DNA of 64,000 nucleotides from Octopus sinensis (Eukaryota). The stretch is from assembly GCF_006345805.1 (NCBI RefSeq), contig NC_042997.1, forward strand, positions 144,026,001 through 144,090,000, written 5' to 3'. Positions 1-13,510 of the stretch are shown piece after piece. Numbering within the stretch: position 1 is the stretch's first letter; each line of letters starts with the position of its first letter. The translations under genes and the position numbers were made by a program. The notes under the pieces are model-generated. The model was given only the letters and a program-made list of their open reading frames with translations, was not told where the DNA came from and did no database searches.

Positions 1-109
1 CTTCTGGACAAGTAGAATCTGTCGGTGTCAATCTTAGGGTTGAAGGCTCCGTGTACTGTCAATATTTTTCTTGTCCTCATATCTATATTCATCAGTTCTT
101 TCTTTTGCC

Positions 110-111
<2 letters not shown>
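1..111 (-). mobile_element. R4/Dong-like non-LTR retrotransposon fragment (RT thumb), family B, 5'-truncated against (TAA)n
   Basis: Minus-strand translation WQKKELMNIDMRTRKILTVHGAFNPKIDTDRFYLSR matches the 'DRKTRK...HPKSD.DRLY' motif. It abuts the (ATT)n array at 111-183. Confidence 0.75.
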
Positions 112-181
<70 letters not shown>

Positions 182-183
182 CA

Positions 184-715
184 TTGAGTAGGAGAGCAGT
201 GTATGCCACCAAATTGACATTGGGATTAAATATACGAAGCCCAGTATACCCATCATAACTACCCGTTTAAGGGTATACCAGGCACATGCATCACAACTAT
301 ATGTGCGCGACATAGGGATCTCATATGAAAATAAACAGCGCATGACCTTGCAGGTGGAGGCCCAGTTAGAATTTTCTTTAGGTCGAGCAGCCAATCCTGC
401 TCAGAAGGTCTCTGAATAAAGGTTCTTTAAGGATGATGAACGAAACACCCAAATTTTCAGAGATGAATAATCCAAACCCCTAATGAATTCCTCTCAACAT
501 ATGGCTGTGATGCTCCCCACTACTTCTGCTAGTGATCAGAGATCACTAAGGGACATACTGAACTGGTTAAGGTCAAACAACTGACAAGCAAATCTGTGGT
601 ATTGAATAGAATATTTGCTGTAGCCCATCTAAGACAAGACAATGTACATGATAACACTTCCAGTCAGTTAAGACCAGAAGCCATGAGAGTCACTGCGTGG
701 TACTGCATTCCTCCT
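184..715 (-). mobile_element. Non-coding retroposon / long LINE 3' UTR (family H), copy 1
   Basis: Homologous to 4035-4240, 38757-39267, 42536-43021 and 56092-56508. All share the same 3' end (minus strand ...CTCTCTCACTC-(AAT)n) with variable 5' truncation. Confidence 0.75.
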
Positions 716-716
716 C

Positions 717-805
<89 letters not shown>

Positions 806-814
806 TATTATTAT

Positions 815-2325
815 TCAGTAGTTTTATTTTTATAGCGTGCTTTCACTCCACTACCGAGCGCAGCTCTGTGTGACTTAGGTATGTGCTGTGATTTTTTGTG
901 ATGCTCTGATGGTTATTGTATGGAAAGTGTTCTGCGTAGGATGTGTGCAGTGCCTAGTAGTGCAATTTTCTGTATGTTATATGTGTTTGTAAGTCCTGGT
1001 GTTTTTGTTATGTATTTGTCTGAATATTTTTTTATCATGCCTAATGCACCTACTATGATAGGAATTGTTTCTGTTTTTAGATTCCACATTCTGGTTACCT
1101 CTATTTCCAGGTCTTTGTATTTTGAGAGTTTCTCCATTTCTTTTAGAGACACGTTCTCATCTGCCGGTATTGATACATCAATTAGAAAGCATTTTTTTCT
1201 CATGATCTCTGACAACTATATCTGGTCTGTTGGCCTTAATTTCTCTATCTGTGTGTATCGGCATATCCCAGAGTATGGTTGCTTTCTCGTTTTCTGTGAC
1301 CTTTTCTGGTGTGTGCCTATACCATCTTTTTTCTGTTGTTATTCCATAATGTTGGCATAGCTTCCAATGTATGTAGGTTCCAACTCTGTCATGTCTGTGA
1401 ATATATTCCTTCTTAGCCAGGACTGGGCAGCTAGAGATAATATGATTTATTGTTTCTTGTCCATCTCCACATATTCAGCAGTTATTTGTTATATTTCTTT
1501 TCATTACATGTTTTTGGTAATTTCTGGTGGGGAGGCTTTGGTCTTGTGCTGCAATTAAAAATCCCTCCGTATCTGCTTTGAGTCCTGAGCTTCTCAACCA
1601 TTGCTGGGATTTTTCTTTGTCTATTTCTTTTGCGATTAGTTTAGTGCAGTATTTACCATGAAGGGGCTTTTCTTGCCATCGTTTTATCATGGTTCGTTAC
1701 TGTTCTATTCTTAGTTTGGATTTCATTTGTTTTATAGCTTTTGTTGTTTCTTCATCATCTTCTTCGTCTTCTTCATATTTATTAGGTGGTATGATTTCTT
1801 GTTTGTATTTGTCAGCTTCCTTAAATACTGAGAACAGTTTTTTTTTGCTCGTGTTTTGCCGCTATTTGTATCTGTTTTCCTTCCTTCTGAAGTAGGTGTT
1901 TTTGCAGTCCTATGGTGGTTATTTTATAGTAGTTTTCCAGCTGTATAAGGCCTCTACCACCTTCTATACGTTGTATATATAGTCTTTCTATGTCAGATTT
2001 TGGGTGATGCATCCTAGATCCTGTCATTATTTTTCTTGTTTTCCTATCTATTTTGGTCAGTTCATTTAGTGTCCAGTTAAGGATATTGTAGCTGTAACTT
2101 ATAACTGGGACAGCTAAAGTGTTAATACCTATTATCTTGTTTTTAGCATAGAGCTCTGTTTTTAGTATTGATCTAACTCGTCTATAATATTCTTTTTTTA
2201 TTTTCTCTTTCATTTGTGTGTGTTGTGACTTATCTAGTTCATGGATTCCTAAGTATTTGTAAGTTTGGCTTTGGTCTAATTCTTTTATTTCATTGGTTTT
2301 ATCTAGTGTGATATTGCTACTCTTA
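815..2325 (-). mobile_element. R4/Dong-like RLE non-LTR retrotransposon, family A, 5'-truncated and degenerate
   Basis: RT C-terminus (YKYLGI; DRKTRKIMT..MHHPKSDIERLY), CCHC knuckle (C*ICGDGQETINHIISSC), RLE (LIDVSIPAD...KLSKYKDL...LGTAHILRRTL) and about 100-bp 3' UTR. (ATT)n arrays lie on both sides. Confidence 0.9.
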
Positions 2326-2341
2326 TTATTATTATTATTAT

Positions 2342-2408
<67 letters not shown>

Positions 2409-2625
2409 GTTCATATACACACAACAGATTAGACTGTTGGAAAAGAAAAAATCCTAACATCGGGCTACAACAATTAACCTTAGATGCCAAGAACCCTCCT
2501 AAGTATCCTAGCTGTCCTTAAAAACACTGTTTTCTGGAGCTGTACTAAACTGGGTTTTATACTGGCTTCCTCTATCCATCAATTTAAATCTTTAGGGATA
2601 GTTCCCAATGTACTAATTATCATTA
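2409..2625 (-). mobile_element. RLE non-LTR 3' fragment, family G
   Basis: Minus translation TLGTIPKDLN*WIEE...TARILRRVLGI* followed by a 3' UTR. A second copy lies at 41783-41890. Confidence 0.7.
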
Positions 2626-2640
2626 TTATTATTTTTAGCT

Positions 2641-2698
<58 letters not shown>

Positions 2699-3289
2699 GT
2701 AATGAACTATTGTACAGCACATACGAATACATTTGATCACTATAAGCGAATCCTTTGTGCAGGTCGTTCGGTAAAATGCTGAACACTCATACGTCATCTT
2801 CGACAGACGAATCCATCATCATTATTATTATTACATAACATAACACCTGTGTTGCTGAAGACGTATCAGGAAAGGTTGTAAGAATATTTTTAAAAAGCAC
2901 CAATTGACACACCAATTGACACACCAATCAATTATTTAAAACAGCAAAAAGAGACAAAAAAACTGAACGGTATAGACTGATTACTGAAAAACACCAAAAA
3001 CACACGTGTGAATGCTAAAGATACAGCATGTAAACAAGACTCCAGTATTCAGAAATTATATTAGTCATGCCATGTTGAAATGGAAAAACATAGGAAAACT
3101 GGTAGCAATGAAGATAAGAACATATACCCAGAAGACAGATTAAGAAGAAACGAAAATATTCCCACAAGAAACGGTATTTTTCAAAGAAACTGTGTATCTG
3201 CTCCATAGTCTTTCAGTGTAGCTTCGACTCTTTTAACTAACTGAAAACCATCAATGTTCGTAAACGCTTTGGAAAAATTCTAAAATATC

Positions 3290-3867
3290 CCTCTCCCTCC
3301 TTTTGTTTTTGTTCCTTTCTTGTTTAAATTTTTCTTTAGTTGCACAATTTTCAGTCTTGATAACACCGGCCTTCTTCGTGACTTTCAACAGTGGTTCCAC
3401 GGCATATTTTAGATACCACCCTAAGCTGTTTTCCTCTGCTTCGATACAGTCCTGGCAACAGATCACACCTCTCCCGCCCTTTCCTCTGGACAAGTGCAAC
3501 ATATCAGTGTCATTCTTAAGGTGGAAGTCTCCGTGTAATGTCAACATTTTGGTCTTGGTATCTATTTTCTTCTTTTCTCTCTTTTGCCATTTTATAATTC
3601 TCGCTCCATACCGAAGTGATGTTATTGTCCACGTAATTAACTGCTTGGATTTTATTTCATTCAGTCAATTTTGAACGCAATACTAACCTCAGTCTTCGGA
3701 AATACTCCGTCCTCAGTTGCTCTTACATTTCCTTTTCTATTATCTCGTTGAACTCTAGTACACCAAGGTATCTATCCTTCCGTTTCAATTTGCTTAATCA
3801 AGTCTCTATTCGGTAATTCTATCCCTGCTAGGGATTTACCTTGCCTCTTTTTAGGTAGATTATTCCG

Positions 3868-3870
<3 letters not shown>
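3290..3870 (-). mobile_element. R4/Dong-like RT C-terminal fragment, family B
   Basis: Minus translation CGIIYLKRG..GIELPNRDLIKQIETEG*YLGVLEF...EYFRRLRLVLRS...MLTLHGDFHLKNDTDMLHLSRGKGGRG, with stops and frameshifts. The 5' end abuts the (ATT)n/(ATC)n array at 3870-4034. Confidence 0.8.
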
Positions 3871-3902
<32 letters not shown>

Positions 3903-3927
3903 TATTATTATTATTATTATTACTATT

Positions 3928-3989
<62 letters not shown>

Positions 3990-4034
3990 TATTATTATTA
4001 TTATTACTATTATTATTATTATTATTATTATTAT

Positions 4035-4240
4035 TGAGTGAGAGAGCAGTGCATGCCATCAAAGTGACACTGGGGTAAAATATACGAAGCCCAGTATACC
4101 CATCATGACTACCCGTCTGATAAGGGTACACCAGGCACATGCATCACAACCATATGTGCGCGACATGATGATCTCATATCAAGATAAACAGCACATAACC
4201 TTGTAGGTGGGGCCCAGTTAGAATTTTCTTCTGGTCGAGT
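4035..4240 (-). mobile_element. Family H retroposon, short copy
   Basis: Same 3' end as 184-715, truncated after about 205 bp, with ATT arrays on both sides. Confidence 0.75.
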
Positions 4241-4241
4241 A

Positions 4242-4312
<71 letters not shown>

Positions 4313-4825
4313 CTTGTTAGAACACCGAATTATTGTTATTGGTAATTTTGCTTGTTTTTTTTTGTGCGTTACGGTCGTGTCTTATTTATGATAGCTTCTG
4401 TATGTTTTTCTTTTTCAGAGTTTTTTTTGTCTGATTGTTCATGTTTTTTTTAAAAATATTCTCAGTATATTTCTCATGTAAGTTTCTATTTTAAATTTTT
4501 ATATTTTGGGTTTTCTTTACTGTTTATTATAAATCTCCGTACATTCACTAATGTGTTTGAGGTGAAGTTTTGTCTTATATGCTCTCTTTGCCTTCTTCAT
4601 ATTTCATAAATCCCATATTGGGAACAGTACAACTGTGTAATATGCATTTAGTACACATCATGCTATTGTTTCGTCGTATCTTTGTAATTTTTATTTGTTA
4701 TATTTTCATGGGCTCAAGAACTCGGAAATAACCTCTACTTTTTATTTCTCCTCCTCTTTCTCTTTTTTCTGCTAATGCCACAATCACCAATACCACCACC
4801 AATACTCCTCCTCCTCCTCCTCCTC

Positions 4826-4884
<59 letters not shown>

Positions 4885-5450
4885 GCTGCTACTACTGCTA
4901 CTGTCTTCTTTTCCTTCTAGCAGCAATGCCAGGAACAAAGAAAAGGATATTGCATATGTAAAAGGCGCCCATCAATAACAATCTCTGTGGTAATATTCTT
5001 GAATGTAATGAATATATCCTTAACATTTACAAATAAACTAGAAATACCTTTGCAACAATCGAACAACCAAACTAAACGACACCAGCTACATAATAGAATA
5101 GAACAATATATATTATACAGGAAGGATATTAATTTTCACTTTGATTGCTTCACCCGTCTTCCACCTAGGTGGTAACATGTTCTACAATCAACTAACAACT
5201 GTACGAGAAACGTGTATTTCAATAGAGTTCCTCTTATAAGTCGTTAGATTAATTAATTGCATTGTATGAATCAATCGTCAAACTTTTAGTGATGTCATCT
5301 GATGATGTCACATCCTGATGGAGAATCATCTGATGAAGGACACACTATGTGGTCACAGCACAAAGGAAAAAATACCCGATAAGGGATGGTTCAAAGCGGG
5401 ATGACATTTAATTATAAATCCGCTTGCTCTTGGGTGTGGGTGGACGAATA

Positions 5451-5652
<202 letters not shown>

Positions 5653-5731
5653 TTACTTGCATATATATAATATATATATACCAGTGGTAGAGTAACAGGT
5701 TTTGTTGAATTTTCTGCTGCTTTAAATAAAG

Positions 5732-5782
<51 letters not shown>

Positions 5783-6047
5783 ATATATATAATATATATA
5801 TATATATGTATGTATATATATATATGTGTGTATGTACAAACATACATATATACACATTTACTTACATACATGCACACACACGCACGCACACACACAGTTC
5901 AGTCGCAGGATGTGCTACAATCTAGGTCTATCAACATGTAAGGCGCCATGCTTGGCTGGGTACGCAATATTGAACCTATGAGTTGAGGCAGCTTATACTT
6001 GTCATTTGTTATAGTTTTTCACCGTGAGTATATATATATATATATAT

Positions 6048-6195
6048 TCTTTTCTTTTATTTGTTTCAATCATTTGACTGCAGCCATGCTGGAGCACCAC
6101 CTTTAGTCGAACAAATCGATCCCAGAACTTATTATATCGGTGTCTTTCGCTGAACCGCTAAGTTACGGGGCGGTTGTCAAGCGATAGAAGGGGAT

Positions 6196-6226
<31 letters not shown>

Positions 6227-6317
6227 CCATATATACGGCGGGCGTCTTTCAATTTCCGTCTACCAAATCCACTCACAAGGCTTTGGTCCGCCCGGGGCTA
6301 TAGCAGAAGATACTTAT
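6048..6317 (-). mobile_element. tRNA-derived SINE family S2 (bipartite, internal AC/AT microsatellite), partial
   Basis: Shares GCCTTGTGAGTGGATTTGGTAGACGGAAA and CGACTAAAGG(C/T)GGTGCTCCAGCAT blocks with 31590-32016 and 35643-36030. Confidence 0.75.
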
Positions 6318-6428
6318 ATATATATATAATACACACACACATACACACACATACACATATATATATACGTGCACACACACACATATATATATATATACAT
6401 ATATATATACACACTCACACATATATAC

Positions 6429-6459
<31 letters not shown>

Positions 6460-6589
6460 TGTATGTATGTATGTATGTATACACTTCTATCTATGTATAA
6501 AAATACTCATAGACAGCTATATGCACACATAGGTACCTAATCCAATATAAACTGTAGATACGACAGGGGTGACCCTATGTGAAGCGAGT

Positions 6590-7290
6590 GTATAAAAAAA
6601 TCCAAAGCTTACTTCCCAACCACATAGTTCCATGTTCAGTCCCACTGCGTGGCATCTTGGGCAAGTGTCTTCAACTATAGTCTTACATGTGGATTTGGTA
6701 GACGGAAACTGAAAGAAGCCCATTATATACATATTCTTTTATTGTGTTCTTTTACTTGTTTTAGTCATTTGACTGCGGTCATGCAGGAGCACCGCCTTTA
6801 GTCGAGCAAATCGACTCCAGGACTTATTCTTTTGCCGAACCACTAAGTTACAGGGCATAAACACACCACCATCCGGTGTCAAGCGATGGTGGGGGATAAA
6901 CACAGACACACAAACACACTCACACACACACATACATATATATACGACGGGCTTCTTTTAGCTTCCGTCTACCAAATCCACTCACAAGGTTTGGTCGAGG
7001 CTATAGTAGAAGACTCTTACCCAAGGTGCCATGCAGTGGTACTAAACCCGGGACCATGTGGTTGGTAAACAAGCTACTTACCACACAGTCACATGTGTAT
7101 GTGTGCCCTTGTGTCTGTGTTTTTCCTCTTCCACGGCTTGGTGACCGGTGTTGCGGTTCGGCAAAAAAGAGTCGATAGAATAAATCCTAGACTTTAAAAA
7201 AATCTTGGGGCCGATTTTTCCGACTAAAACACTTCACGGTGGTGCCCCAGCATGGCCACAGTCAAATGACTGAATCAAGTAAAAAGATGT
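6590..7290. mobile_element. Nested S2 SINEs: minus-strand copy (about 6745-7091) inside a plus-strand copy (head about 6590-6725, tail about 7100-7290)
   Basis: The head and tail blocks of S2 are on +, separated at the internal microsatellite by a complete minus-strand copy. Confidence 0.65.
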
Positions 7291-7722
7291 AGCAATCAAT
7301 TAAATGATATAGCAATATGGATGAATGATGGTTGAGTAATTCTTTTCGCAACCATAAAGTTCTAGTTTCGATCTTTCTGCTTAGCATTTTGGACAAATTT
7401 CATTTTCCTGTCACCACGGATTGACCTATACCTTGCGAATGAAACTGAGGAGATGGAAATTGTAAGGAAACCCATCACATGGTTTAAAGCAATAATTTAA
7501 AGATACGACACAGTCATACACAATATGACGTAGATTCCGTCACATGATTATGTTAAGGATACACGTGTCTGTGGAAAACTGATTCAATGAGTAAGCAAAT
7601 CGGATAATCTAAGATAGATAGAAGTGTATACATATGACGATACAGGATCCTGAAAACATAATAAATACACAGATAAATAAACTAATATAAATAAATAACT
7701 ATATATATATTATATATGTATA

Positions 7723-7821
<99 letters not shown>

Positions 7822-8180
7822 TACGTATATACATATATATATATATTTTTTTTTCGATTCAATTTATTATTATTAGTATTAGTATTGTTGTTATACATAC
7901 ATACATACAAGCATATGTAATGATAATAATAGGTGGATGTAAACACATGAACAAAATAAGAATAAACAAAAACAACAAAAACAAAAAACAAAATACAAAT
8001 TACATGAACATATATAAACAGAAGATACAAATATTACAGACATCCCCCACATACACACACTAAATAAACATAAACGCACATAGAGATATAAGCATGCGCA
8101 AATGAAGACATACAATAGAAATACAAAATGGCTGACGGTTAGTAAGGAGAGACACAAATAAGAAAGAAAAAAACAAAGGA

Positions 8181-8220
8181 CCACTGATGCGGTCACAGAA
8201 GTGTGACGAAAGAACTCTGG
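8181..8220 (+). ncRNA. Minimal type-I hammerhead-like motif (Penelope-type, degenerate), copy 1
   Basis: CCA-CTGATGC-G-GTCACA(GAAG)TGTGAC-GAAA-GAACTC-TGG. Stem I is CCA/TGG, stem II is 6 bp, and the core has A9->C. Confidence 0.55.
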
Positions 8221-8398
8221 CCGAAATAAAATTAAGATTAATGTAAAAAATAAATAACACTGAAGCAAAGTAACACCAAATATATAGTGCGTGTGTTTTT
8301 ATTGGCTAAACTGGCAAAATGACCATTCCGAAATATAACAATATCTGTTTCAACACACGACTTCACATAAAAAATCTTGCACAACAAATATTTAAACG

Positions 8399-8519
<121 letters not shown>

Positions 8520-8876
8520 CGTATATACATATATATATATATTTTTTTTTCGATTCAATTTATTATTATAGTATTAGTATTGTTGTTATACATACATACA
8601 TACAAGCATATGTAATGATAATAATAGGTGGATGTAAACACATGAACAAAATAAGAATAAACAAAAACAACAAAAAACAAAAAACAAAATACAAATTACA
8701 TGAACATATATAAACAGAAGATACAAATATTACAGACATCCCCCACATACACACACTAAATAAACATAAACGCACATAGAGATATAAGCATGCGCAAATG
8801 AAGACATACAATAGAAATACAAAATGGCTGACGGTTAGTAAGGAGAGACACAAATAAGAAAGAAAAAAACAAAGGA

Positions 8877-8916
8877 CCACTGATGCGGTCACAGAAGTGT
8901 GACGAAAGAACTCTGG
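8877..8916 (+). ncRNA. Minimal hammerhead-like motif, copy 2
   Basis: Identical to 8181-8220, within the duplicated unit. Confidence 0.55.
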
Positions 8917-9094
8917 CCGAAATAAAATTAAGATTAATGTAAAAAATAAATAACACTGAAGCAAAGTAACACCAAATATATAGTGCGTGTGTTTTTATTG
9001 GCTAAACTGGCAAAATGACCATTCCGAAATATAACAATATCTGTTTCAACACACGACTTCACATAAAAAATCTTGCACAACAAATATTTAAACG

Positions 9095-9240
<146 letters not shown>

Positions 9241-9408
9241 GTAAGTATGTATGTATGTATGTAATTATGTATGTTTGTATGTATGTATGTATGTGTATGT
9301 ATGTATGAATGAATAGATTACATGAATGAATTTTGTCTGGTACACTGTAGTTTCTGCCACTTCAGTTGTTTAAGCTATATACTAATATCGTGTGTGTATT
9401 TTGTGTGC

Positions 9409-9463
<55 letters not shown>

Positions 9464-9550
9464 GTGTGTGTGTGTGTGTATGTGTGTGTGTGTGTATGTG
9501 TGTGTGTGTGCGCGCGTGTGTGTGTTTGTTTGATTAATGAGCGTTTGCAA

Positions 9551-10378
9551 GGCACCGAGCTGGCAGAATTGTTAGCAAATGTTTTAGAACATTTCGTCCA
9601 TCTTTACGTTCTGAGTTGAAATTCCGCCGAGGTCGACTTTGCCTTTCCTTTCGGGATAGATAAATTAAGTATCAGCTGAGTAATGGTGTTGATGTAATCG
9701 ACTTTCCCTTCACCTGGTATCTATAGTAGAAAGGATAATTAATGAGAGTTTGACTCACCTCGATAATACTAACACTCTTTAATTATCCTTTGTGCTAAGG
9801 CAGCGAGCTGGCAAAATCGTTAGCACGCTGGACGAAATGCTTAGCGGTATTTCGTCTGCCGTTACGTTCTGAGTTCAAATTCCGCCGAGGTCGACTTTAC
9901 CGTTCATCCTTTCGAGGTCGATAAATTAAGTACCAGTTACGCACTGGGGTCGATGTAATCGACTTAATCCGTTTGTCTGTCCTTGTTTGTCCTCTTTGTG
10001 TTTAGCTCTTTGTGGGTAGTAAAGAAATAGATATTTTGTCTGTCTTTACGTTCTGAGTTCAAATTTCGCCGAGCTCGACTTTGCATTTCATCTTTTCGGG
10101 GTCGATTAAATAAGTACCAGTTACGCACTGGGGTCGATATAATCGACTTAATCCGTTTGTCTGTCCTTGTTTGCCCCTGTGTTTAGCCCCTTGTAGGTAG
10201 TAAAGAAATTGGTATTTCGCCCGTCGCTACGTTCTGAGTTCAAATTCCGCCGAGCTCGACCTTGCTTTTAATCCTTTCAGGGTGGATAAATTAAGTAGCA
10301 GAAAAACACTGGAGTCGATATAATCGACTAGTTACCTCCTCCAAAGTTTCAGGCTTTGAGCCTATAGTAGAAAGGATT
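9551..10378 (+). mobile_element. Cluster of tRNA-derived SINE family S1: one degenerate copy plus a head-to-tail trimer (9797-10378)
   Basis: S1 signature GGCGAGCTGGCAGAA.CGTTAGCACG...GTTCTGAGTTCAAATTCCGCCGAGGTCGAC, with a B-box-like GAGTTCAAAT. Confidence 0.85.
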
Positions 10379-11360
10379 AATTATCCTTTGTACTATAAGA
10401 CATGTCCGCCTAGTCAGATGTTCGAAGAGTGGTTATAAAGTTTAAAAAAGGTCAAAATGATTTCTTGTTGTTGAAGCCTGTAAAAGTTAGCACAGGTCAT
10501 GCGATTGCAATACTGATATACACAAACACGCACACACGTACATGCATACACACATACATGCACACACACACATAGAAAGGAAAAATCAAAAAGAAAAAAA
10601 TGCGAGCTTAATGCTTAGGATCAAGAAAGTATTCACATTTTTATCCAAATACGCTATCGGTTTCATTTAGAAAGACGGTTTAATTATACTAAAATAAGAG
10701 TAAAAATGAGTTGAAATAATTTAAATGAAATCAATTTTTCCTAATATCATTTGTGGAAGTTCACGTGCTTTTATAAAAATGTCACAAGTTGTACCGCCCC
10801 CTCCTCCTCCTCCATAATCTGAAGTTCTCTCCAACAGTGAGACAGTCAAAAGGTACGGCAGCTACCGATGGCTTCCATGTTTGAAGGGATGACGTTAAAT
10901 TTAGCCACAGTTATACCAAATTCTAGTCGACATATATTTTCTATTTATTCTCATCATTTGTAGAGATGAGTTCAGCTACCTTCATATGTCATTGGTACAG
11001 CACCTGGTCACTTGTTGAATTTTTATACGAAACACATGTTAATGACAGGATGTAGGTTAGACCTCATTATGAATGAGTAATTCAAAGCAGGAAAACGTTC
11101 AACGCCGTTTCCAAGTGCAAGCCGTTTTCCAATGATGATTGGTATGAAACCTGAGTGCAAAGTAGAGGTAGAGTGAATATGAACAAGAACAAATATTACT
11201 TTGCCAAGCAAAATCGGGACAATGTCAATGAACTCACCCGGTGGAAAACACGCAAGCACACATGCAAATACAAACGCACGCGCGTGCGGACGCACACATT
11301 CATGCACGCACGCACACACACACGCTTACAGTAATGAACCAGTAGCAAAATATATCAATA

Positions 11361-11567
11361 CTGGCAGAATCGTTAGCACGCCGGGTATAATGCTTAGCGG
11401 TAATTCGTCCGTCTTTAAGTTCTGAGTTCGAATTCTGCTGAGGTCGACTTTACCCTTCATCTCTTTAGGATCGATAACATAAGTACCAGTCGATTGCAGG
11501 AGTCGAAGAAGTTGACTGATCCCCTCCCCTCAAAGTTTAGGCCTTGTGCCTATAGTAGAAAGGATTA
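11361..11567 (+). mobile_element. S1 SINE
   Basis: S1 signature blocks. Confidence 0.8.
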
Positions 11568-11756
11568 TTTATAGCTTTATATGTGCTTCCAGACTATTCG
11601 AAAGAACAAATTATTTCATGTTCCCGTGATGGTTTATAGTTCTTAAAACGTCAAGAATATACCTTTATACATACATACATACATACATACATACATACAT
11701 ACATACATACATACTTACATACATATATACATACATACATACATTTATTCATACAC

Positions 11757-11789
<33 letters not shown>

Positions 11790-12198
11790 AAATACACACA
11801 CCCATATAATATATATATAGTAGAATTAAGAGAAAGTTCTTGGTACAGTATTATATATATTAGAAAGAAAATTGTAAGGATGGCTTTTTTGAGGGGTTAG
11901 TTTTTATTTTAATCTTAATAATAATAATAATGATTACATTATTATTATGATTAAAATAAAAATTATCCCCACAAAAAAGCCATCTCTCCTCATTCTTTCA
12001 AATGTTTACATTATTATTATTAAGATTAAAATAAACATTATCCCCTCAAAACAGTGATCTATACTCATTCTTTCAAATATATATATACACATATATATAT
12101 AATATAAATAATATATATATATGCATATATAGATACGTATATGTACATACTTACATCTATATGTATACACACACCCATATGTATATATATTATATATA

Positions 12199-12247
<49 letters not shown>

Positions 12248-12295
12248 ATATGTGTGTGTGGTGTGTGTATGTATGTATGTATATATATGTATATG

Positions 12296-12529
<234 letters not shown>

Positions 12530-12629
12530 TATGTGGGCACAGTATATCATGAAACGTGTACAACAAAAACTTACAAAGTACGACTATATGGAATACGAAC
12601 TACTGTTTCGAACAACGAAAGATACAAAT

Positions 12630-12810
12630 GGAAAACAAAACAAACAACATAAAGAACGACCATTCATCAGTTGTTGGCTGTTTTTCTATTCTCGTATTTC
12701 GAGCATTTAACAACAATATACGCTTTCGATAAAACAGTTGCTCCCTCAAACCAAATTAAATAAAATTTGGGATTTTGCGGAGGGTCGAAATTGGTAACAG
12801 AAACAGGACA
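12630..12810 (-). repeat. Interspersed repeat (possibly a Penelope pseudo-LTR remnant)
   Basis: Homolog in the opposite orientation at about 27600-27790 (GGGAGCAACTGT...GCTCGAAAT...CAACTGATGAA). Confidence 0.5.
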
Positions 12811-13224
12811 GTGAAAACAAACTGGAAGGGTTGCTAAGCCTAAACGAGGTTGTCGTGGCGAACGTGTAAATCAAGCTTGGATAGGAGACAGACAAGAATA
12901 CGTCTTCCTTGTTCCAGCTACAACAGAGAAAAAGAAAGAAACACAAGTTAGGAGAAGAATGAAGGCCGATGGACACGTGGGATCCACGTGACTAAGGGAG
13001 AAGTGACGGAGAGAGAGAGAGAGAGACACAGAGTAATAGGATAGAATAGTGTGAGAAGAGGAGGTAAAAGAATAAGAGACAGAAAGAGAGAAAAACGTAA
13101 GTGTATAAGGATCGTAAATTGTGCTCATCACAATTATTAAAATAAAACTTACTTGGAAGATTACTAGATATAAACAGATACATATGTATATATAGAAAAG
13201 AAAAGAGGAAGATGATATTGCATA

Positions 13225-13294
13225 TGGCGTTGTGGTTAAGTGCGCGGGCTACTAACCTCAAGATTCTGAGTTCGGTTCCAGGTAGTGACCTGAA

Positions 13295-13335
<41 letters not shown>

Positions 13336-13510
13336 ATAATAATAATAATAATAATAACATCGAAAAATTCCTTAGGAATGAGAACTCAGGTTCGAAATTT
13401 TCCCCAGGACACCTGAAGAAGGCTGGAGAGTATACCAGCCGAAACGTTGTGTTAACAGCAAACGAGATGAAGACAAATATCCGTCAAATGTAAATACTGC
13501 AAATAATGTA
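13225..13510 (+). mobile_element. Composite SINE-like element: tRNA-like head + (TAC)n(TAA)n + hammerhead-bearing tail, copy 1
   Basis: A box TGGCGTTGTGG and B box GAGTTCGGTTCC. The head (13225-13294) and tail (13358-13510) are both homologous to 36578-36945 on the minus strand. Confidence 0.8.
13408..13453 (+). ncRNA. Minimal type-I hammerhead ribozyme (Penelope-type, dimer-dependent)
   Basis: GACAC-CTGAAGA-A-GGCTGG(AGAGTATA)CCAGCC-GAAAC-GTT-GTGTT. Stem I is GACAC/GTGTT, stem II is 6 bp, the core is intact, and stem III is the palindrome AACGTT. Confidence 0.75.

Noticed and set aside
5330-5356. CTGATGAAGGACAC hammerhead-like start
   Set aside because: There is no GAAA after a closed stem II.
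13225-13294. Functional tRNA gene
   Set aside because: It has A/B boxes but no complete acceptor stem, and it is linked to a repeat tail, so it is a SINE head.
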